Source of the DNA: Eledone cirrhosa
Taxonomy: Eukaryota
Direction of reading: 5' to 3'
Length of the DNA stretch: 64,000 nt
NCBI GenBank assembly: GCA_964016885.1
Contig: OZ024741.1
Coordinates: forward strand, 382,912,001-382,976,000
Part shown: positions 54,639 to 64,000 of the stretch, piece after piece
Layout of the letters: each line of letters begins with the position of its first letter
How positions within the stretch are numbered: position 1 is the stretch's first letter
Translations under genes and position numbers: made by a program
The notes under the pieces: generated by a model
Seen by the model: the letters and a program-made list of their open reading frames with translations, nothing else
The model's database searches: none
What the model was told of the DNA's origin: nothing

Positions 54639-56492
54639 AGATCAAAAGATGGTTAAAGGAGTTCCATGTATTTTATTATGCGCATTTCAAAAACAAACAT
54701 CATCATGCAATAATATTTGTGTTTTCATCAGATAAAACAGGAGAACATGATATGAAGGCTAAAAAACACTTGTGGATAGTGCAGTTTTAAATCAACATAT
54801 GAAAAGTGGTTTTAGATTGATGTGTGATATTGGGAAAAATATTTTATTTAGAGAGGGGGGTGGTGGAAAGGATGAACAAGGGGAGGAGATGAGAGGGAGA
54901 GATGGGTGATAGAGAGAAAGAGATAGTTTTTATAACTGGGAGGAGATATATTGTTTTACATAGAGAGGTTGAAAACCGTTGGAAGATAATGTATAAATTA
55001 AAAAAATTTGAAAATTAACGAAGGGAGGATATGTGCGAGGAAAAAATATTTTATTTAGGGAGGGGGGGTGGAAAGGATGAAAAAAGGGGGAGGAGATGAG
55101 AGTGAAGGTGGAGAGGGAGAGATGGGTGATAGAGAGAAAGAGATAGTTTTTATAACTGAGAAAAAGATATATTGTTTTACATAGAGAGGTTGAGAACCGT
55201 TGGAAGATAATGTATAAATTAAAGGAATTTGAAAATTAACGAAGGGAATTTATGTATGAAGATAGAGAGAAAAAATAATAATTGTGGATGAATATTCTAA
55301 CGTCAAAAAAGTGTATGTCGATAAGTATTGTGGCAATTTCAAAATTAACGAAGAGAAAAATTATCAAGGTTTGTGTGTAGAAGGATTTGAGAAAAATAAT
55401 GTGAAGTTAAAGTTTGTATATTGAAGGAATTGATAATATATGCGAATAAAGAGTTAATATGTATTAAGAATGAGTTCGTTGATGGGGAGAAAAAAATAAT
55501 AAATTAAGGATGAAATTGAGATTAAAAAGATTTATGATAGAGAGAAAAAATAATAATGATTGCGGATGAATATTCTAACGTCAAAAAAACAAATGTATAT
55601 GTTATGAAGGATTTTACAAGGTGAAGATAGAATGAGGGTAATGAGTAAACAAGTATTATATAGTGTATAATGCCCTTTAAAGTAAGGTAGGAAGATGGGT
55701 ATATTTTAAAGAGGTGTATGTATATGTGCCTTTGAGAAAAGATTCTAAATTGATAAAGAATTGAATATTAACTGTATACTTTGTGAAAAGTCCTATGGAA
55801 TTTATGCAGGCAGATAGAAAACAAATCTGTACGTCTATTTATTATAGAATCTAGGTTAGAGATAATGGTAATTTTTTCATTTAGGCAGAGATTACAGATT
55901 TTAGATAGAGAGCTGTTCAAGTATGAGGATGCAGAAGAAACCTTCTTCCAAAAGATGGTATATTTAATGTTTTTGTCTTTTAAGGACCATATGAGTTCTG
56001 AGAGAGCAGTGTTGGTTCTTTTAAGTTTGTATTTGAAAGATGAATGATGATTATAGAGACGAGCTTTAAAAGAGGTGGAAGTGGAGCCAAAATAGGTGAA
56101 GGAATTGGTGCTAGTTATAATTTTACATTCATAAATTAAGTTTTTATCGAGACAATGGTTGTTGAGAGGACATTTATTTTTAATGTGGCAGTTGCAATTA
56201 GAGAGATTATTAATGAGTGACCTAGTGTGACCACTTTTCATATGTTGATTTAAAACTGCACTATCCACAAGTGTTTTTTAGCCTTCATATCATGTTCTCC
56301 TGTTTTATCTGATGAAAACACAAATATTATTGCATGATGCTGTTTGTTTTTGAAATGCGCATAATAAAATACATGGAACTCCTTTAACCATCTTTTGATC
56401 TTATATTATGTATACTCCAGTCCTACAAACTGTAGAGTGCTTCTTATCCGATATCTGCATTGCTTTATTGTACTACAATAAAACTCACCTCC

Positions 56493-56496
<4 letters not shown>
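54633..56496 (-). mobile_element. Naiad-like PLE, 5'-truncated (family A), with inverted pLTR; HHRs at 54671-54737 (-) and 56303-56369 (+)
   Basis: 54633-54800 is inverted at 56240-56410; GIY-YIG ORF; 3' UTR with a tandem duplication of about 200 bp; (TA)n flanks. Confidence 0.9.
55768..56230 (-). pseudogene. Naiad-like GIY-YIG endonuclease domain, intact frame, RT missing
   Basis: CNCHIKNKCPLNNHC, LIYEC, YFGSTSTSFKARLYNH, TALSELIW, CNLCLNEK, CLH. Confidence 0.9.
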
Positions 56497-56546
<50 letters not shown>

Positions 56547-56572
56547 TGTAATAAACAACATAAGATACTTAT

Positions 56573-56634
56573 TTCATTTACCAGTAGTTTCTTGAAGGCA
56601 GATATTTATATCTGTCTTGAGTCGTCAGAATGAA
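56573..56634 (-). ncRNA. Type I hammerhead ribozyme (family B variant) in pLTR 56541-57000
   Basis: ttcatt CTGACGA ctcaagacagata..tatctgccttcaa GAAAC tactg GTA aatgaa. Confidence 0.85.
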
Positions 56635-57187
56635 CAAATAACATGGTGTTTTTATTAAATATGGATTTGAAAACAAAATTTAGGAAATATGAAAGTGAGG
56701 CTGAAAAAACGGGGAAAAGGGTTTATAGGAAAAAATATATAAATATCCAGAACATAAACATACACACATTCAACTACGCGCTTATACGTAAAAGTACAGA
56801 GACGTATACTTTCTCACATAAGCGTATTTGAGTCTACATGGAAATATGAATAGACACATATATACACACACACACATATACACAAATATATATGCACCCA
56901 TATATGTACACACAAACACACATATATAAAACATGTATACACACACATACACATATATACATACAAAGACAAAAGGCTCTATACATACGCGCACGAAAAA
57001 AGGAGGGATAGGTAATACATGTAGTTATTTGCCAAACAGTGTATGCAGACGGTGCTCAATACTAGTGCCGGCAGTGTTAAATATTAGAAGTGTTAATATT
57101 TAGTGGGCGAGAGAATTAGCAGAGCGTAAGCACGTGGAAAAGTAAGAAATAGGAGAACAGACCGTTAATGCATGTTTATTTAAAGCA

Positions 57188-57229
57188 GCACCTACGTACG
57201 TTTCGCCCGGATGGGCTTCTCAAGGGCAT
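57188..57229 (-). ncRNA. Hammerhead ribozyme, U3-A8 core (family H)
   Basis: atgccc TTGAGAA GCCC atcc GGGC GAAAC gtac GTA ggtgc. Confidence 0.8.
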
Positions 57230-57689
57230 AAATAACTAAAGGTGTTCCTTACATGGCCCGGAAAGTATTTTTGGAGGTATGTTCATGTCAGAGTTCATTC
57301 TTCGCAAAAAAACCATATTTTGATTTTGCAGTTAGTCAAGGGAGGTAACTCTGGCCTGTGTTAGGGCAGTTTTTCTCGGACAAATTTTTTATCCGTTACA
57401 AGATATAGTTACAACCTTACCATTGTTGATACGCACAGGGTCAGGTAAGCAACGTTTGTTATGAGACGTTTTTTTACTGCACCTGCCCGCCTGGGTTATT
57501 TGAAGCTGGGTCTGGGATGCATGGTTAATTTTCGGATGTTTTTTGCAGCACCTGCCCGCCGGGGTGTTAAAGCTTGTTGCAGGGAGACCCGGTATACGTC
57601 TTTACTCCTCATCCTTATCCCATCTGAAGAAGGATATTTTTAAGCGACGTTTACAGCTTATCGTCGTTTCAGCTCTGCTGTTGAAGTTG

Positions 57690-59865
57690 TACGGTGCAGC
57701 CCTGCCGACAATATCCCAGTGCGTGGAGAAGCTGATGTTTAAGTCTTTTAATGATGTGATGTAGTCCACGAGCGAAGTGGAGTGTCTTAATTTCTTATTT
57801 GTGAAAGAGTGGAGATGTGTTCGAAATCTAATTTTGAACGGGCCAGAGGTAGCCCCTATATAATGTTTAACGCTACTGTGGCTAGTTGCAGTGCACCTAT
57901 ATATAACCCTATCAGTAGAGCAGTATCCCCTAAAGGGGCAACGTCCCCTGTCGCGGCAGTTGCAATTTCTGACGCGGTCCCTTCAAATTCCCACGGTAAG
58001 GCTATCATTATTAAGGATCTACGTTGTTACCTACGCTCTCGCATCTGTCGTTAGCACGATTATAACCCACTGTGCGCGGGTGCTACCATTATTATTCCGC
58101 ACATCATGTCCTGCATGTTCCCCAGTCATGTCGCGGTTATGCTGGTTGCGTCTGTAGAGGCTGTTTCTAGCACTATTGGATGCTGTTAGGGAGTCGATAA
58201 GGCCGGTATAGTTATTGTCAGGTGTAGGTGCCTCTGTGCTAAGGTGCTGTGTCTTGGTGATCTTACTGTAGTTAGTTGTTCCTATGATGTCTGCTAGGTT
58301 AGGTGTAGTAGAGAAGGATATTTTTATATTGTTCCTATTAAGGATTTTTCTATACCTATGGTTGGGTGTGAAGTTCTTCTCTAAGGCTCCGAAGAATATC
58401 CGGGGTATGTTGGAGGCCACACTCCGAGAGTAGGGGGATGTAACCATAGGACGTTACGGTGGCGATTACGTGTCCTTGTACGTTTTCTACGGGTGGTTCC
58501 ATCAAAGTGACCGTTCCTATGCATGTTAATGCGCTCTAGCCCGTTGCGTGCCCCTTTCACTTTATGCTTGGTTGAATTCTTCTTCCTTCTTCTTTGTTTA
58601 TGTACAGAAATATGTTGGTCGGAAGGCGCTGGTAGTAGGCCGTCGCCTTTGTTGATTTTATAGTAGGGGAATAATTCGAATAGGCTACAGTGGTCACTGT
58701 CACCGGAGTCGTGATCTTTATTGTGTGGTAAGTTACCTATACCCTCGCCAGTGTAATTAACGTTGCGGCCGTGTTCCTTAATGCGATTATCTATACTATT
58801 ATATCCGACTCCTACGAAGTCGCCGCATGATCGGTTATAGGTATGGCTTACTATAACGTTCGTCTTATGAGGGGTTGGTTTCTGGAGCTAGCGTTAGGGA
58901 TGTAGGAAATTCCTCGGTTAAAGCCAGCGCTTATCAAGGCCCTATTGTAGTAATCTGCCGCTTCGTTGAAGATATCCTCATTGGTGGAGAGCCTCTAGAT
59001 CCTATGTGAGATGCTATATACTATGCAGTTGAGAGTCTGCTCAGGGTGGTTGGAGGCATAATTAATATAAGAAAGGCTCTCTCCAGGCTTATGGTATGGC
59101 GTGTAAAGGCCCGTACTCAACTCCAGGGTCACGTCCAGGAATTTGACAACATGGTGGTTGAGGTCTATAGTTACGGATAGGCCGTATGACTTGAAGAACC
59201 TATGTATATGCTTATTAAGGTTCTCTATCCTACGAGGGTTATGGTTCCTAACGGTAAACAGGGCGTCGTCCCAATATACGCCGCCTTGTAGGGACGGTAT
59301 CTCGTCCCTAAGCTTATGGAGGAGGTATATTCCGACCAGGTCAGTTGCTTGCGCTGAGTCGCTGGACCCCATCGTGATATCGAAGTTATCAGGACGGTTG
59401 GTTCTGGTCTAGTGGGAGCCTTCGAACTGGATAATGGTTCTACGCGCCGCTATAACTATGTCTATTTTCTTTTAGTGAGGCTAGTGTTAGATTTAGCTAA
59501 TATGACTGCTTTATTTAAGAGTATGGGGAGATAGAGGCGTAGTAACTATCTATGTCAAACTAGATGAACTTTAGGGTCGCTTTATCGGGAAACTCGGTGA
59601 ACTAATTTATGACCTGGTCGGTGTTGCCCCAGAGGCAGACCTTAGCCTTTCTATTAAGCTCCAGTAGTACTCTATCGAGGATCACTTTACTAATCTTACC
59701 TATATCAGATGTAGAGGGACATATTAGTCTAATAGAGGGACTTTCATTAAAGTTACATTTGTGATCCTTAAGGGAGAATCTAAGCGTCAGAGGGACGTAC
59801 GGGTTTCTGTACTTTTCTATTTCTAAGCTGGTAACTATATCCTTCCCTACTCTATTTATGTCATT
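57690..59865 (-). pseudogene. Naiad-like RT + GIY-YIG with expanded linkers
   Basis: SLKDHK, IRLICPSTSDIG, FDITMGSSDSAQATDLVG, GGVYWDDAL, YYNRALISAG, CNCRDRGRCPFRGYC, VIYRC..YIG, FKIRFRTH. Confidence 0.9.
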
Positions 59866-59935
59866 TAGGGAACTCTGATGTGAACTTTATCCAAAAACAC
59901 TTTCCGCGTCATGTAAGAAACACTTTTAGTTATTT

Positions 59936-59977
59936 GTGCCCTTGAGAAGCCCATCCGGGCGAAACGTACGTAGGTGC
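59936..59977 (+). ncRNA. Hammerhead ribozyme, U3-A8 core (family H, inverted pLTR)
   Basis: gtgccc TTGAGAA GCCC atcc GGGC GAAAC gtac GTA ggtgc; palindrome TACGTA within ACGTACGT. Confidence 0.8.
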
Positions 59978-60031
59978 TGTTTTAAATAAACATGTTTTAA
60001 CGGTAATGTCTCCTATTTCCTACTTTTCCAC

Positions 60032-60073
<42 letters not shown>

Positions 60074-60079
<6 letters not shown>

Positions 60080-60460
60080 ATACTTGGGGAGGGCCATATT
60101 GTTGTAATAATATTGCCAGAAATAATAATAGAACACACTCACTGTTTGGTTGGTTTTTGCTTCTGTATCTTTTATATCTCCACAGTTAATTCATTCGGTC
60201 TTCAATTTTTACCATTAACTGACCAACGGTCAAAATTACAGATATAATGTATTATAAACACATATATATAGTTCTTTCGTTGCACATCTGCAACATTATC
60301 AGTAGTACTATTATGTTCCTCCTGTTTTATTGTATATCTACGCCATTTTATATATATATATTTTTTTTTGTATGTGTGTAAGTGTGTGTGTGTATGTGTG
60401 TGTGTTTTGTCTGTTTCTCTCTCTGATTAAACATATATATTTATAAACAGTCACACATAT
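60074..60460 (-). mobile_element. Family D-related pLTR unit with degenerate HHR at 60263-60308
   Basis: Starts TTGTTATACTTGGGAGGGCCAT; CTGATAA t GTTGCA gatg TGCAAC GAAAG aa CTA. Confidence 0.65.
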
Positions 60461-60803
60461 ACACACGAACATTTATATATATATATATATTCATATATAT
60501 AGAAATAGGATCTCGCTTCAAGCATAGCGTTATACAAATATGTATAGAAATTTCGTATTTAACAATGAGTACCAATTAATTTCCCTCCTGTATACATGCA
60601 TAAAAATGCATGTATGTATATGTATGTATATATTCGTTTTCAATTGCACGCTTGCACTTCATAGCTATGGGCAATTAGCAAGAGGTATACACAAATGGAT
60701 ATATTAGCATACGTATAGTCACACCATAAATATACACATAGACACACAACGAAATGCACATATCCACATATATACATTTATTAGCTCCTAAACACATATA
60801 TTG

Positions 60804-60870
<67 letters not shown>

Positions 60871-61699
60871 CACATATATATGCATAAATATACTGTATAT
60901 AAGCATATAGATATAGATTGTTTACATATATAAACATGAATACGTTCACTAGTACAAATACACGTGAATAGTTTTTTGATAGAACAATGGGGTATATATG
61001 TACAGAGTGAATAACATTCCTAATCAAATTTCATCAAATAAAAGTAAACAAGGTACACAGCAATAAACATAAATGCGTTCATGGTCACAACATGTTACAG
61101 ACATATATTTCTAACCATGTGCTGAAACTCAAATCATGGCATAAATGGGAACGAATAACAATGAATATACTCGTCAATACAGATTTTGTATAAAGATTAA
61201 AATTCAAATACGTGTAGTCTGCTATAAAATAAATATGGATTTATGCTGTAATAAGTTCAACAAACATCAGTAAAGTATTAATAGTGATTAATCTACATAG
61301 CCCTATAAGTCGAAAGAAAGTACATATAGAGATTAAGATTGAAGGTTTATACGTATTTGAATGATGCTACTCTGCTCTAAACTGTATAAAGCTTTAGATT
61401 ATGTATTAGCTTGTATTTGGTTTAAATGCGGAGAGGTTCTGTATATTAATTCTGTGGAACATTCGTTATCAGTTTCTGTTGAGAATCGTTGTTTTACGGA
61501 AAATATTTCCAATGTTTTCAGTCTTATGTAGAATACATTGTTTCCTCGCAGCATATGATTTTTTTAATGAACTGTTTAAATTATATTACGTGTTTTAGAT
61601 ATCAAATTATCAATGAAGCAGAAATATATGTGGCGTTTCCGCAGTTTAATATCCGAATTGAATTCGTACGCTGATTTAATAAATTGAGCTCATTTCTTG

Positions 61700-62470
61700 T
61701 CTTATATCATATTAGATTCGAAAAATCAATTAAAGGTGTTCATCAGTTTATCAATGTTTGGTTGGATGTACTGCGTTCGAGGCGAAGATCAAACTTTTCG
61801 TCAGCTTGCTTGGATTTGACAATTTCCCTACATCTCTTTGCCAGACAGTTAGCCGTGACTTGACAGGGAAGGTTTAACAAGAGTTCCTCCATAATTGAAG
61901 CAATGTTTCTTGTGTTCCTTTTTTAAAATTATGTTAATCATACCCGATTGCTATTTCTTAGGAGCTACGGAACTTTGTTGAAGAAACTCCGACTATCTCT
62001 AGCAGGTTGCATCTGGCCTCCACAACTAGTCCCTGCTCCTTGTCTCTGGTCTCGGGATACGTATCCTTTGTGCTTCAATGCCACGTTTCTTTGGACGGTT
62101 TCTTTGCCAGTCTTTGCAAAGTTGGATGCACACTATATATTTTTCGAACAGGCCTCTCTTCCAAAGGCCTGAACGTGTCCCTTGTACTCCTATGTGAAGT
62201 ACGGTGTGGTATTACTGATTTTCTTGTGTTTAGCAATAGTGCTGTGTTTTGGTAGCCTCATTCGCACCAGTTACCAAATTCGGACTTTTCTCAAACCACG
62301 AATTCTAGGCATCTCTAGAGGCGACCTTTAGTCCCTTCGTCGCAGATACATCACTGGTTATGAGAGTTTCTTTGGGAGCCAACTGTGTCACCCATTGCTC
62401 TAATTACCTTCGTAGTTTGCGGCTGTTGGTCCGGTGTTGCTTATTCATCTGTCATAAGTCCGCTTGTATC
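61700..62470 (-). mobile_element. Possible decayed LINE ORF1 remnant
   Basis: GC-richer, coding-like but stop-ridden; weak resemblance to the 7700-8200 ORF1. Confidence 0.25.
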
Positions 62471-62924
62471 ACAAATAAAAAATATATCTAGTGGCCGTGT
62501 CACTATCCTCCACCTGCAGCACGTTTTCAACTAGAACAGCTCTGCCGAGAACAGTATATTACTGACTGGTAAAGTTCAAATGAATACAAAGCGTGTCTCT
62601 GCAAATACTATTTAGTTCGGAATTAATTGGCAACAGTTACTCCCGTTCTATAAACAAATGAAGCGAATGTTTAGCTTTGAAAATTTGCTCAAATCATCAT
62701 CCTTATAAAGATTTCTACTGACACATTTTTCATGTAAACTCTGACACTATTCTTTTAATACCCACTTTTTTATTTACTGCCGAAGCCTATAATATATCGC
62801 TTACTGTATCAATAAAAACGGACATTCCTTTAATTCTTTTACCAGGACAAAAGACACAACAATATAATGTCAACATTCTTCCAATTAACCAGTTATACCT
62901 GCATATGTATATAAATATACATAT

Positions 62925-63013
<89 letters not shown>

Positions 63014-63072
63014 TATATATATATACATACATATGCATATATATATATACATACATATACATTCATATATAT

Positions 63073-63184
<112 letters not shown>

Positions 63185-63227
63185 ATATATATGTAATAAA
63201 TGTAATCTGAGATTTTCGAGTATTAAT

Positions 63228-63397
63228 AATTGTTTCTACTTTAGGCACAAGGCCAGCAATTACCCAGTGCATTACTGGTACTTTATTTTATCGACCCCGT
63301 AAGGATGAAAGGCAAAGTCAACCTCGGCGGAATTTGAACTCAGATCGTAAAGGGACGTAACTATGCTGGAACGCATGGCGTCCGACCCTCTACCGAT
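63228..63397 (-). mobile_element. SINE family 1
   Basis: Head plus core. Confidence 0.9.
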
Positions 63398-63487
63398 TCG
63401 AATGCAATTATGCAAACAAGACTCAATTTTATAGCCATGTCAGTAGAATGAACAGTTCATTCTTACTCTTATGTTGGCATGCGAACA

Positions 63488-63537
63488 GAACTGCAGACAC
63501 TAATGTTTCTGAGTATCACCCTTCATCAGTACAGCTC
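63488..63537 (-). ncRNA. Type I hammerhead ribozyme, canonical core
   Basis: gagctgta CTGATGA a GGGT gat ACTC a GAAACA ttag TGTC tgcagttc; 8-bp stem I, GUC cleavage triplet. Confidence 0.88.
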
Positions 63538-63595
63538 ACTGTTCACCTGGCAAACTGTCAGAAGTAGTGAAAATATATGCTATTTTCAAATATAG

Positions 63596-63662
63596 ACAGT
63601 GACTGATCGGCTTGATTTGCATATTAGCAGACTGCTGATATGCAAATCTGGCTGATCAGTCA

Positions 63663-63666
<4 letters not shown>
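63596..63666. repeat. Near-perfect fold-back hairpin (71 nt)
   Basis: ACAGTGACTGATCGGCTTGATTTGCATATTAGCAG a CTGCTGATATGCAAATCTGGCTGATCAGTCACTGT. Confidence 0.9.
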
Positions 63667-63706
<40 letters not shown>

Positions 63707-64000
63707 GTGGGGGTGTATGTTCAAATATAAACACATATGCATTGTTAGAAAACGTAACTAAAGAAAGAATAAAATAAACAAAGAAACAAGCAAAGGAAGA
63801 AGGAATGAAAGAGCCTATATGAAGTGTATGCGCAGTCAGATATATCTGTTATGGGCGTATGGTCTTGAAGCCATTTCAAGTGAGAATTCAATAGACAGGT
63901 TTCAGAATGTCTCTTTTATGGTGAGATACATGACTGGCATTATGTTAGAGCTTAGTCGATAAAGACAATAACGGTTAATAAAGAACATTACTACTATACA

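Larger units (their letters stand above)
57000..60033 (-). mobile_element. Naiad-like PLE (family H) with inverted pLTR
   Basis: 57132-57297 is inverted at 59870-60033; RT/GIY-YIG pseudogene lies between; (TA)n on the right. Confidence 0.9.

Overview
AT-rich, microsatellite-dense eukaryotic DNA, intronic or intergenic. The SINE families and repeat landscape resemble an octopus/coleoid cephalopod genome (inference). No host gene is confidently identifiable; there is only a speculative chain of small exons at 750-13508. Most ORFs in the track are (TA)n/(CA)n/(GA)n artefacts. The window is dominated by Penelope-like retroelements (PLEs): six Naiad-like RT and/or GIY-YIG remnants, one near-complete Neptune-like element, one further GIY-YIG fragment and many short non-coding pseudo-LTR (pLTR) units. 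Most of these abut (TA)n tracts and many carry inverted pLTR copies. Reading both strands by eye gave about 35 type I hammerhead ribozyme (HHR) motifs, intact or degenerate, in about 17 sequence families, roughly one per 1.8 kb. Highlights are U3-A8 covariant cores in four families, covarying palindromic stem III sequences (a dimer signature), one G15.1-C16.1 variant, and a non-coding unit bracketed by two same-strand ribozymes 593 nt apart (retrozyme-like, 18352-19522). Also present are two tRNA-derived SINE families, decayed L1/Tx1-, R4/Dong- and RTE-like LINEs, and a Tc1/mariner remnant. Coordinates were read manually and element edges are approximate.
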